From: Methanomassiliicoccaceae archaeon
GTDB taxonomy: Archaea > Thermoplasmatota > Thermoplasmata > Methanomassiliicoccales > Methanomassiliicoccaceae
Assembly (NCBI GenBank): GCA_963728405.1
Contig: CAVSJV010000013.1
Span: 96,001-160,000, forward strand
Length of the DNA stretch: 64,000 nt
Direction: 5' to 3'
The notes under the pieces were generated by a model. It saw only the letters and a list, made by a program, of their open reading frames with translations, had not been told where the DNA came from and ran no database searches. This document shows positions 1 to 9,990 of the stretch, piece after piece. Each line of letters opens with the position of its first letter. Position 1 is the stretch's first letter. A program made the position numbers and the translations under genes.

Positions 1-213
1 CTTGAATGGGTTAAGAACCGCATTAGGGACAGGGACATACTGGAGTTTGGCTTCCTGAAGGGCCTGGCCGATGTGACAAAGGAACGGTTAGTGGTGGAAG
101 GATGGAGTGTGGCCGAATATGTCCCCTTCGGATCGAACAGAGAAGGATATGAGGCCAGACGTAAGACATATCTCAATAAACTGGACGAATTGGGCCGTCT
201 TCCCGCCCCTTGA
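1..213 (+). CDS. 3' end of a proline dehydrogenase-like protein (partial, runs off window)
   Basis: Frame 1 reads ...LEFGFLKGLAD...AEYVPFGSNREGYEARRKTYL...*; YVPFG...Y..RR resembles the ProDH C-terminus. Confidence 0.5.
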   Translation, partial: LEWVKNRIRDRDILEFGFLKGLADVTKERLVVEGWSVAEYVPFGSNREGYEARRKTYLNKLDELGRLPAP

Positions 214-600
214 TATGATTTCATGAGGAAGCCTTATCTAGATATTCATTACAATTTATTCATAAAGCGGTTATGCGGCCCCTTACGTTAAAAAAGGAAA
301 GAAGGAATTATGCGTAAGGATGGAATATCTGATTCTAGCTATATATACATTATAAATAGATTCTATATAATAAATTCCAATAAGTTCTCAAACTGGTATT
401 AACGGACTATATGGATAATAAACGCTTTATTATACTAACTCAATATAGGATTAGGAATTCCTTGGCAAACAAGGGATCCGCAATTAGGAGGAAACTCGTG
501 AAGCTCGTGCGTGATGGGCAGGTGGTCATTTGATTCCATTTGTGCAGGAGCGCATTAAAGGGCTTCACTCCAAGGTAAAAAATTAGGAGGAATAAGAAAA

Positions 601-1143
601 ATGGCGGATGAAACGAACGTACACGTAAAGGTAGCAATGGCTGAGGTGTTGGGGCTTATATCGATTGCCTTCTTCACCATAACCGTAGGCTTCTTTGGGA
701 TCAAGGCATACGACTCGCTCGCAGTAGTAGTGGCAGTATCGGTGCCCTGTGGATTAACCATCCTGTTGGCGGCCTACATCGGCTTCCTCAACGAGAACAT
801 CCTGGTGACGGCCATATTTGGTCTCCTCGGAATGTTCTTCCTTGCAATAGGGAGCATACCGGCAGACGTAGCCGGCGCGTGCGCCATTGGCTTCATTGCA
901 GTTGTGTTCTTCGTCTACACCCTGATCTCGCTGGCTCAGCCGGTGAAGATGCTACCCGTTATCCTTGTAGTAGCGGCTGTCGCCTTCGTGGTGACCGCCC
1001 TGTTCTACAATGATGGCTCCAACAGGGAGCTTATGGGCTGGCTATGGATCATCGTCGCGGCAATCGCTGTCTACATGGCTGCCGCGATCATGATGCTGGT
1101 CCTGAAGGGCAAGCAGGTACTCCCGCTCCTGATAAAGGCCTAG
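601..1143 (+). CDS. GPR1/FUN34/YaaH (SatP-like) acetate/carboxylate transporter family membrane protein
   Basis: 180 aa, about 6 hydrophobic helices, N-terminal AEVLGLISIAFFT similar to the family motif; AGGAGG RBS upstream. Confidence 0.6.
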   Translation: MADETNVHVKVAMAEVLGLISIAFFTITVGFFGIKAYDSLAVVVAVSVPCGLTILLAAYIGFLNENILVTAIFGLLGMFFLAIGSIPADVAGACAIGFIAVVFFVYTLISLAQPVKMLPVILVVAAVAFVVTALFYNDGSNRELMGWLWIIVAAIAVYMAAAIMMLVLKGKQVLPLLIKA

Positions 1144-1783
1144 ACGGCACAGGTGAGGTAGGACGAAACAAACCCTTTCCCAGTTTTCATTCTTTTGAAT
1201 TGTATTGCTCTCATTAACTCAAGAACATTAGGTTGCTAGATTCCACATTAGTTGAGGAGTACTCGACTGGTACAGAGAGCCCTATAGTATGTAGGATCTA
1301 GAGTTAAGAGCGGGGCCCTCTCCGATACGAGTCATATCATTTATTCTCGCCCCCTTAATTAAGGGAGTCTTCTCTTTGACACAACTGCCGGGTCAGAACT
1401 AGGGGGCCAAAGACTCTGGAAATGAAACCGGAAATTGATGAAAATATCCCTGACTTATTGTATTAAATCCGCCCACATTAGGGGGCAATTATGCATATCG
1501 ATGCCTCATGCTATGAGTAAAATGCATCCAATATGCGGCGGTACGAAATAGGGAGTATCGGTATACGATAGTCTACTATTCTACATTATATCGAAAAGAA
1601 CGCCATTTCAATTTGATATTCGGGAGACCGTTGTTGACTATATTCCACATATTAGTATCATTTTGCTATGTATTGCATCTATTGCTATTATGATATGTAA
1701 TCAAATGATAACTATAATTATAATAGAACGAATGATATCAATAGTCGGGTTGAGGCTATGGCCGAAACCGGAAGAGGGATGAG

Positions 1784-1957
1784 ATGCAAGAGGAACAAGA
1801 TATCGAGAGAAGAACGAGCATACAGATATCGCCGTCGACAAGGGACAGACTGTTCAAATTAAAGTTCCGCAGGACATATGATCAGTTCTTGAACGAGCTC
1901 TGTGATTCCTATGAAAATGCCGTCGAATCTAAGGAAAAAATACGCAATAATCCTTAG
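1784..1957 (+). CDS. Small ribbon-helix-helix/antitoxin-like DNA-binding protein (57 aa, not in ORF track)
   Basis: MQEEQDIERRTSIQISPSTRDRLFKLKFRRTYDQFLNELCDSYE...; TSIQIS..TRDRL...TYD..L..L pattern of archaeal RHH proteins. Confidence 0.6.
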   Translation: MQEEQDIERRTSIQISPSTRDRLFKLKFRRTYDQFLNELCDSYENAVESKEKIRNNP

Positions 1958-2116
1958 CTTTTATCCCATTTTTCTTATTGTCTAGCACATAGCTATATAT
2001 TGAAATGTTATAGCGTATAGAGAAGAACAATAATAGCTACTACATATATTGCATTTTTACAACACCTTGAGGCCGCCCCCTGACCCTAATTATGCCCGGA
2101 AACAGGACGTAGCTGA

Positions 2117-2485
2117 TCATATTCGTGATGCCGTTCGAGCATTCGATATTCCCGGCGTTATGATTTTTGAATCGTTGATGGGCGACCTATAGACGCTCTC
2201 CACGACTACGGGTTCCTCTTCATCTAGTGTTGACAGGAAATGTTTAGGCACTAGTTCTTCAAATGTCGACCTGTCAGGAACGATATGGTATCTGAGGGCG
2301 GTCCTCGGAGTCTCGGGATATTCCTTGAGCTCAACAATTACTCTGATAGGCAGGCGTTCGAAAGCACCAACGGTCGGAGCGAACATTGTGTACGGCCCCG
2401 AATCTTTCAAAAAGTCAATGGGGCCGGCCGTTTCAAGGGATTTGTTTAAAATAAGTAATCCTCCAGATTCCCTGGTCGTCTCCAA
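2117..2485 (-). pseudogene. Degenerate fasciclin (FAS1) domain gene
   Basis: GPYTMFAPT..AFE.LP and LRYHIV motifs; C-terminal NIECSNG..ISYVLFP motif lies in another frame; no clean ATG. Confidence 0.65.
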
Positions 2486-2561
2486 GATCGTTCTCGTCCT
2501 TTCCCCTTTAATTCAACGGTGCCACGGATCAGATACTGGCCAGTTAGGATTGTCGAAATAA

Positions 2562-2900
2562 CTATTTTTCCGGCGGGATATCCCTAATGACCGTGACCTC
2601 GTCTAGAGTGATGAGGCCATCCTTAACAATCGCGCTCAACCGGGGCAGCACTGCCATGATTTTCTTCTCGGAATCAACTGCATCGATTACCATGGGCAGA
2701 TCGGTTGAAAGGCGCAACGGTGAAGTGGCGTGCACGAGGCTTCGCTTGCCATAGCCATAAACCCCCTTGGTTACTGTTGCTCCCCATATGCCCTCCTTTC
2801 GAAGAAAATGAACTAATGCCTTGTAGGTAGGTATTCCTTCGAACTGGTCCAGCTCTCCGACGTAGATCTTCAAACGAAGTGCCTTTTCCTGGAACTGCAT
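2562..2900 (-). CDS. DUF190 (P-II-like) protein
   Basis: LKIYVGE...GATVTKGVYGYG...LSTDLPMVI...GLITL motifs; translationally coupled to crcB. Confidence 0.85.
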   Translation of the reverse strand: MQFQEKALRLKIYVGELDQFEGIPTYKALVHFLRKEGIWGATVTKGVYGYGKRSLVHATSPLRLSTDLPMVIDAVDSEKKIMAVLPRLSAIVKDGLITLDEVTVIRDIPPEK

Positions 2901-3291
2901 CAATGACCCCCCAATAACAGACCGGCTGCCCTTCCGGCGAACGCGCCGATCACACAAAGTCCGCCATTAAGAGTAATATTCCCGGCAGCCCATAACAATT
3001 GTCCCTCCTCCACGAGATTTACTGTCTCCAAGGAAAATGACGACAGTGTGGTAAAGCCTCCAAAGAGGCCTATGAAGAGGAACGCTCTGAACTGGGGAGA
3101 GATATCCTGCCCCTGGACCCAATAGAAGAACAAAAGGGCGATTAGAAAGCTTCCGACGACATGTTTACGACGAAGGTGCCCCAAGGAAAATCCCCCTTGG
3201 TCACATACCCTTGAACGAGGTAGCGTAGAACGCTGCCAATGGCGCCACCGGCCGCCACCAGGAGAACGAGCTTAATCTCCTCGGCTTCCAT
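2900..3291 (-). CDS. crcB: Fluoride efflux channel CrcB/Fluc (frameshift near 3165, probably an assembly error)
   Basis: N-terminal VAAGGAIGSVLRY...FPWGTFVVN in one frame, GFTTLSSFSLE signature in the next. Confidence 0.9.
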
Positions 3292-3864
3292 GCTGGGACC
3301 ATAGATTTATATGATTTATCCTTTGCCGATACCAAATTCTTAGGCAAATAAGTAGGCAGAATAATAATATTATGTAGTAGCTATACGAGCTTGTATTATA
3401 ATCATATGTGCTGATATGTCTAAGATTAGACATTTATTTTTGCGCCATTAAACGCGAAGGGAGGTGGCTCGGCCGTTATAGGGGTCAATAATCGCATTGA
3501 ACCTGCGCCAAAGAATCGTTTCCGGTGTCAAAATGGCGATGACCTTGGTAAGATCTCGGGACCCCGCCATGCAGCAATGATCTCGGACCATCATTCGGTG
3601 TGTTGGAGACCATTGTATATTGCCTAGACCTCGGTAACGAGCACGCCGAGCCGTCCCACATTCGAAGCCCTACGACTGCCGCCGAGATGTGCCGCAAATA
3701 TGCGGCATCAGGCACAGCGGTGGCGGATATTGAGATCCTTTGGTCAATGGCATGGCCGCTCCATCGGTTGGGATGGTGAATGGGGAGATGAGATTGCAGT
3801 GGGCCTAAGGTCCTAACGGCTGTGGGGGGAACATATTAAGCTCTCCAAATCTTCTCCACGGTCC

Positions 3865-5385
3865 GTGAGGACGTTCTCGTTCATCGCCCGAATGCCTGAC
3901 GATCCCGGCGCACTGCACCGGGCCGCCGAGATAATAAAGAGCCACGGTGGCAACATTCATCGCGTCGATTATGATCGGAGGATCGACCCGCACATCGTTT
4001 TCTTCCAGGTAAATGCTGAAGAGGATGCGCCGGAAAAGATCACTCACGATCTGCAGGCCATCGGGTATCTTCAGACATCCCTCGCCACCTTACGGTTCCT
4101 CAAGTTCTCAGTATACCTTCCTGACGAGCCAGGTATGCTTTTTGAGTTCCTCGGCCTCACTACTGGGGCGGCCGCCAACATCGCGTTCCTGGACTTCGAT
4201 GATAAGGGCAAGTACCCCGGCCGTTTGACCGTGGCCCTGACCCTCGACAACGACGTTGTCGCCGACCACCTGCTCCAACAGCTCAAGCTTCGTTGGCGGT
4301 TGGAGATCCTGGAGTATGATGCTACAGGCAAGAAGCTGGACGATACGGTCTTCTACATTCGCTTCGCCCAAGAACTTCGTGAGATCATCAGCCAAGAGGA
4401 TGAGGACTTCCTGATCCGGCTTCTCCACGATACCAACCATATCGCTCAGGAGCTGACCTCGCAGGGACGCGACCCTCACATGGTCTTCGAATCCATCCTC
4501 CGTACCGGGAGGACGCTCCGTCAGACTACTGGGGGTGGCTATTATGCCGACGTACAGGAGGTGCCCCTCAACAACGGCGGGACGTTGTTCTGCTTCCAAC
4601 TTCCCTGCGGAGGATCGGTCTACATCCTGCGCAACGGAGGGAAGCTTGCAATGTTCGATACGGGGTTCGGTATCTATCATCGCGAGATCGTGGAGATGCT
4701 GGCCCACTTTGGCCTGGACCCCCGGGAGATAGAGGGGTTGTACATCACCCACGCAGATGCAGATCATTCCGGAGGGGGCGCGTTCTTCGATGTTCCAGCC
4801 CTCATGCACCCCGGCTCGGTTGAGATCATCCGCTCCGCCAACCGCGCCTATGGATCCCAGATGCAGGGCTCGATACTGGGAGAGGTGTACACGAAGCTGA
4901 TCAACCTCTTTTCCGAGTTCAATCCGCCAACCAATGTCCGGCTCCTTTCTGGGGAGCAGTTGGGCTCTCGTAACGGGCTGCCTGTCCTGGACACCATTGA
5001 GGTCTGCGGCATGAATTTCGAGGTCCTGGAATCCCTGGGGGGGCACCTGCACGGTCACGTCTTCTTCCTTTGCTCGGAAGTGGGCCTGCTGTTCACTGGT
5101 GACTGCCTGATCAACTTCGACTCTCTGAGCGGGGACCGCGAGGACTTTGCCACCCTGGCCAAGAACCTGATGACCACGGTCAACGTCGATTCCGAGCGAG
5201 CCCGCAAGGAGAGGAAGGCCCTGTTGGAGATCGGCGGCGGGCTGGATGCCCAAATGTGGACCAAAGGACAGCGGCTGTTAGTATGCGGAGGCCACGGGGC
5301 CATCTCCACCATCGAGACAGAAGGTCTTCGGACGTATGGAGATATCAAAAGGTACGATGTGGCCGATCACTATTCGGTCAAGTGA
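3865..5385 (+). CDS. Tandem ACT domains fused to an MBL-fold metallo-hydrolase
   Basis: PDDPGALHRAA and PDEPGML ACT motifs; FDTG, THADADH, GGHLHG, FTGD and GGHG MBL motifs. Confidence 0.8.
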   Translation: MRTFSFIARMPDDPGALHRAAEIIKSHGGNIHRVDYDRRIDPHIVFFQVNAEEDAPEKITHDLQAIGYLQTSLATLRFLKFSVYLPDEPGMLFEFLGLTTGAAANIAFLDFDDKGKYPGRLTVALTLDNDVVADHLLQQLKLRWRLEILEYDATGKKLDDTVFYIRFAQELREIISQEDEDFLIRLLHDTNHIAQELTSQGRDPHMVFESILRTGRTLRQTTGGGYYADVQEVPLNNGGTLFCFQLPCGGSVYILRNGGKLAMFDTGFGIYHREIVEMLAHFGLDPREIEGLYITHADADHSGGGAFFDVPALMHPGSVEIIRSANRAYGSQMQGSILGEVYTKLINLFSEFNPPTNVRLLSGEQLGSRNGLPVLDTIEVCGMNFEVLESLGGHLHGHVFFLCSEVGLLFTGDCLINFDSLSGDREDFATLAKNLMTTVNVDSERARKERKALLEIGGGLDAQMWTKGQRLLVCGGHGAISTIETEGLRTYGDIKRYDVADHYSVK

Positions 5386-5627
5386 CCTATGGTGGCCAGA
5401 GATATCCACCCCGTCGGACCTCAGTACATATGTCAAATGGTTTTCCCCTCTTTGTCGAGAATCAACGTCCAACATCCATTATCGCAGCGGTGGCGCAAAA
5501 ATTGAATGGCCTAAACTTGATCGCTCCTTTTGATCGGTGTCCATGAATCATTAAATAATGTGCTGGTGATTAAAAGTCGACCACACATAGCGACCAAGGT
5601 AGCCGTTCTCGGTCTCGGGGGATCAGG

Positions 5628-6028
5628 ATAAGACTGCACCGTAAGACCATGCTCACAGTGGCCGTGATATTGGCGGTAATGACCACCGCGATAATGGTCA
5701 TCGCTTCTAGCCTGGTCATGGAGAGCGCTCTAAGCCAGGAGAAGCGGCATGTCCAGAATGATCTGGAGAGGGTGAAGGCCGTCCTATGCTCCTTTCAGAG
5801 CACCCAGGGGAGAACGGTACTGGATTGGGCAGGCTGGGATTATGCCTATGAGTTCATTCAAGATCTCAACCAGCAATATATCGATTCGAACCTGGCAGAT
5901 ACGGACTGTTCCTGGCCCGGGAAATCCTGGGAGCTACGGGGATGAGCATCAGCGAGACCGGGAGGCCAGGTCAGGGAGCACGGTTCGAGGTCCTGATACC
6001 GCCGGGCAGATTTAGATCGATCCCGTAG
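5628..6028 (+). pseudogene. Internally deleted CHASE4 sensor histidine kinase
   Basis: TM plus CHASE4 start (DWAGWDYAYEF..DLNQQYIDSNL) joined near 5900 to an HATPase tail (YGLFLAREILGATGMSISETG..GARFEV); probable start codon now ATA. Confidence 0.75.
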
Positions 6029-6041
6029 ATCGGCCCTGAGC

Positions 6042-6566
6042 TCAGGGTACCCAGAGCCGAAAATCGCCCCGCACCCCGCTCCTGACCGCCCGTTTGAACG
6101 ATGCCTCGATTCCTAGGCGCCGGCGGTTCGTCCAGTAGTAGAATGTTAGGAAGAACAAGGCGGCATCGATGAAGTAGACGGAACGGCGGGGGCCGATCAC
6201 GGAGCGGGCCTGGGTGCGCTCCATGAACGGGTGGACGAAACGGCTCTTTCCGAGGGTGCATCCCGATAGGCAGACGGTCTTGTTCTTGAAGCATCCTTCG
6301 GGAAACTCCGAGGCGTTGATCGAACCGCGGGGCAGCAGGAAGTTTGGCTCCTCCTCATCGCCGTGGCCGGACAGGTGGACGATCTTGAACCGCCGCATGA
6401 ACGGGCGGTCCTCCAGCATGTCCAGGAGATCATTCTTGTTACATACTGTATGGGGCTCGAAATAGTCGTAGCTTGCCATCTCCAGCAGTTTGGCCAGCAT
6501 GTCCCCTTCGTTCGGTTCCTGGTACTGGGGAATGCTCTCAACGATGAGCACGCTCCGGCGGGGCAT
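6042..6566 (-). CDS. Stand-alone CHAT (caspase/HetF-like) domain protein
   Basis: IVHLSGHG and VCLSGC His-Cys dyad motifs; A..FF..FY C-terminal motif. Confidence 0.7.
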   Translation of the reverse strand: MPRRSVLIVESIPQYQEPNEGDMLAKLLEMASYDYFEPHTVCNKNDLLDMLEDRPFMRRFKIVHLSGHGDEEEPNFLLPRGSINASEFPEGCFKNKTVCLSGCTLGKSRFVHPFMERTQARSVIGPRRSVYFIDAALFFLTFYYWTNRRRLGIEASFKRAVRSGVRGDFRLWVP

Positions 6567-6602
6567 CCTTTTCGATACTGCGCAGTGATTAAATCAAGGT
6601 AC

Positions 6603-7037
6603 CTATAGGGGCTGCAGACCAAGGTCGCGAGCCATCTTGCCGGTGTCCAGGGCGTCCCAGTGTTCGACGATCATCCCTTCCTTCATGCGAAACTCGTCGA
6701 ACTCGGCGATCTCGAATCGCTTGCCGTTGGGAGCCTTGCCCATCCACTCGCCTTTCCAGGTGCCTGATGTAACTGCTCTGAGGAAAACCCTGTCCCCTTC
6801 CGCCACGACCTCTCGGACGTCAATTCTCAGGTCAGGGAAAGAAATGGTGAACGCTTTGAAGAACGACCGCACGCCCTCCCTTCCTTGTGGTGCTCCCAAT
6901 ATGCTATGCTGTTCATATTCCTCGGCCACCAGCTCATCGAGGATGGAGAAGTTGCCCTGATCCAGTTCCTCGAAGAACCGCCTTATGGCGATCTTATTGC
7001 CTTCCTGCACAGAGATCTCACTGCTGAACGTGGTCAT
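6603..7037 (-). CDS. SnoaL-like ester cyclase / NTF2-fold protein
   Basis: NK..IRRFFEE, FPDL, EGDRV, G.APNGK and G.IVEHW motifs. Confidence 0.85.
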   Translation of the reverse strand: MTTFSSEISVQEGNKIAIRRFFEELDQGNFSILDELVAEEYEQHSILGAPQGREGVRSFFKAFTISFPDLRIDVREVVAEGDRVFLRAVTSGTWKGEWMGKAPNGKRFEIAEFDEFRMKEGMIVEHWDALDTGKMARDLGLQPL

Positions 7038-7163
7038 GATGCTGCCTCATATATCGTTCTCGTTCCGGGCCTACATATCATTTGTTCCTGTCGGACCAGG
7101 GCGTCGCGGCCCTCACAGGGGAAGCGGTCCAACAAAGAAATAAAATAGGAACCGTGTCATTTC

Positions 7164-8489
7164 GTGTCAATCTACCTGGGTGATCACTTGAGATACTGGG
7201 ACCCCCGCATCGAAGAGATGTCCAAGTCAGACCTGAAGGCCTTGCAGTTCAAGTTGCTTAAGACACTGGTCTACAGACTATACTCCTTCTCCGACTTCTA
7301 TCACGCGCGTATGAAGGAAGCCAATGTCCACCCAGATGATATTCGCTCCCTGGAAGACATCCGCAAGTTGCCGTTCATGTATAAGAAGGACCTGCGGGAC
7401 AACTATCCGGACAAGTTGTTCATGGGCGGACAGGAGGACCTGGTGCGTTATCACGTTTCATCGGGGACGACCGGAAAGCCTACTGTCGTAGGTTATACCC
7501 AAAAGGACCTCGAATGCTGGTCCACCTCTGTGGCCAGGGCGCTCACTTCGGTAGGGCTGGGCCGCCGCGACGTCATCCAGGTCAGCTACGGTTACGGCCT
7601 GTTCACCGGGGGACTGGGCCTTCACTATGGGGCTGAGAAGATCGGCGCCACCGTGGTCCCCGCCTCGGTGGGCAACACCGAACGACAGATCGAACTTATC
7701 CAGGACCTGAGGGTCACTGCCATCGCCTGTACACCTTCGTACATGCTGCATATGGCCGAGGTGGCCCAGAAGATGGGGATCGACCTCCACAGGGATACTC
7801 TGCTACGCACCGCCATCCTAGGGGCGGAACCGTGGTCGGAGAAGATGAGGGCTCGCATTCAAGAAGGAACTGGCATCAAGGCCTACGATATCTATGGCAC
7901 ATCCGAGCTGTCCGGGCCACTGTTCACCGAGTGCACCGAGCAGAACGGCATCCATATATGGGGAGACCTGGCGTACGTAGAGGTGATCGACCCAGATACC
8001 GGAGAGCCGCTGGGTCCCGGACAGGATGGGGAACTGGTGATCACCATGCTCCAGAAGGAAGCGCTGCCCATGATCCGCTATCGTATCGGTGACATAACCT
8101 CGTACGAGGACGAAACCTGCGCCTGTGGCCGCTCCCATGTCCGCATTTCCCGAATCAAGGGCCGGGTTGACGATATGTTGATCATCCGCGGGATCAATGT
8201 ATTCCCATCTCAGATCGAGCACTCTCTCATGTCCCTTCCCGAGCTGGGAGAACACTTCCAGATCGTGGTCGAGCGTAAGGGGGCGCTGGACACCATGCTG
8301 GTGAAGGTCGAGCTGAAGAACGCCGCTTTCTCTGACAAGCTGGACGACTTTATCAACCTGAAGAACAAGGTCGCCCACATATTGCGGAACAACCTGAACG
8401 TGGCGGTCGACGTGGACCTGGTATCCCCCGGCACGTTGACCCGGTTCGAGGGCAAGGCCAAGAGGGTCATCGACAGGAGGGAGCTGTGA
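7164..8489 (+). CDS. paaK: Phenylacetate-CoA ligase family protein
   Basis: SSGTTGKP, YGLFTGG, GAEPW, DIYGTSE, RYRIGD, GRVDDMLIIRGINVFP and GKAKRVID motifs. Confidence 0.92.
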   Translation: MSIYLGDHLRYWDPRIEEMSKSDLKALQFKLLKTLVYRLYSFSDFYHARMKEANVHPDDIRSLEDIRKLPFMYKKDLRDNYPDKLFMGGQEDLVRYHVSSGTTGKPTVVGYTQKDLECWSTSVARALTSVGLGRRDVIQVSYGYGLFTGGLGLHYGAEKIGATVVPASVGNTERQIELIQDLRVTAIACTPSYMLHMAEVAQKMGIDLHRDTLLRTAILGAEPWSEKMRARIQEGTGIKAYDIYGTSELSGPLFTECTEQNGIHIWGDLAYVEVIDPDTGEPLGPGQDGELVITMLQKEALPMIRYRIGDITSYEDETCACGRSHVRISRIKGRVDDMLIIRGINVFPSQIEHSLMSLPELGEHFQIVVERKGALDTMLVKVELKNAAFSDKLDDFINLKNKVAHILRNNLNVAVDVDLVSPGTLTRFEGKAKRVIDRREL

Positions 8490-8914
8490 TGAGCTACACC
8501 ATAAAGCAGATCTCTGTGTTCGCGGAGAACAAGCCTGGCCGCCTGGCGGCCATCGCCGAGGTCCTGGAGTCAGACAACGTCAACATCCTGGCATTCTCCA
8601 TCGCGGAAGCGAGCGGCTTCGGCGTGGTGAGGGCCCTGGTCGACCATCCGGACAAGGCTCACGAAAAGCTAACCGAGCTGGGATATGTGGTCTCGACGAC
8701 CGACGTCATCGGGGTCAAGATGAGGGACCGGCCCGGTGGGTTGAGGGAGATAGCCAAAATGCTGGGCGATGCCGGGATCAATATCGAGTACGCCTACGCC
8801 TACTCCGGACGGCCGGCGGCAGTTCTCATCCTGCGGGTGGACCATGTCGAGGAGGCCATCCGGACCATCCTGACGAGCGGCGGCACGCTCCTGGAAGAGA
8901 AGGAACTGGCCTGA
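8486..8914 (+). CDS. Tandem ACT-domain protein coupled to paaK
   Basis: KQISVFAENKPGRL...DRPGGL..GINIEYAYA; typical paaK neighbour. Confidence 0.88.
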   Translation: MMSYTIKQISVFAENKPGRLAAIAEVLESDNVNILAFSIAEASGFGVVRALVDHPDKAHEKLTELGYVVSTTDVIGVKMRDRPGGLREIAKMLGDAGINIEYAYAYSGRPAAVLILRVDHVEEAIRTILTSGGTLLEEKELA

Positions 8915-8944
8915 TCGCGTGCTGCGACCCACCCGGTTGGGCAT

Positions 8945-9954
8945 ATGGGGAGCGTCGTGGCCATCGTCTCCCCTTCCTGGGGTGGTCCGCATGCTTTCCC
9001 CAAGGTATACGAGAAAGGGCTGGAGGTCCTGAGAGAGGAATTCGGGCTGGAGGTCCGGGAGATGGACCACGCCCGGGCTCACCAGAGCTACCTTCATCGC
9101 TTTCCCCAGATGCGTGCTAAGGACCTCAACGACGCCTTCCTTGACCCGGAGGTGGATGCGATCATCGCCTCGGTGGGAGGGGACGATTCGGTCCGGGTGC
9201 TCAAGTTCCTGGGCATCAGGAGGATCGTGGACAATCCCAAGGTACTGATGGGCTTCTCCGATACCACCACATTGCTATCGTATATTTCGCTGAAGGGCAT
9301 GGTCACCTACCATGGTCCGACGGTCATGGCTGGCATCGCCCAGATGCGTAACTATCCCCTCCAGCTCGAACATCTCCGGGACATGTTCTTTCGACCACAG
9401 GAGAGGTATGTCTACCGACCGGCCGCCACATATAACGAGGGCTACCCGGATTGGGCCGTGGATGAGACCGTCGGGCGGGTGCTTCGCAAGAAACGAAGTG
9501 GAGGCTGGGTCTGTCTGCAAGGTGAAGAGAAGGCGCGAGGACACCTCTTCGGAAGCTGCATCGAGGTCCTGGAAATGATGAAAGCCACTCGCTACTGGCC
9601 CCCGCCTGATTTTTGGAACGGAAAGATCCTGTTCCTGGAGACCTCGAAGATGGAACCGTCTCCGGACTCGGTCAAGTTCATACTGCGCAATTATGGGATG
9701 ATCGGCGCCCTAGATGGCCTGAGCGCCCTGCTGCTGGGAAGGCCCCGAGGTTATTCCCGTGAGGAGAAGGAGCAGCTGGAGAGGAACGTGATTGACGTGG
9801 TGGCGGGCGAGTTCGGTCGGTCCGACCTGCCGATAATCGCGAACATGGATATGGGGCACACCGACCCCCAGAGATGGTGCTGCCGCTCGGCATTATGGCG
9901 GAGATCGAGCCGGACGCCCCTTCCTTGACCCTCCTCGAACCACCGGTCGGCTGA
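8945..9954 (+). CDS. S66 peptidase (LD-carboxypeptidase / MccF-like); frameshift near 9873
   Basis: SPS, GGDDS, GFSDTT (Ser), LETS (Glu), GHTDP (His); C-terminal MVLPLG continues in a shifted frame. Confidence 0.88.
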
Positions 9955-9990
9955 AGAGAACGAATTTATACTGCGGACTGGGAAATCAAT

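Noticed and set aside
3292-3560. Fluoride riboswitch upstream of crcB (GGCGATGA near 3535)
   Set aside because: The motif is on the wrong strand and the rest of the consensus and pseudoknot is missing; the crcB upstream region looks like a plain TATA promoter.
4108-5253. Long antisense ORFs (this 381-aa one and many others in the track)
   Set aside because: Shadow frames of well-supported genes in GC-rich DNA, with no recognisable motifs.
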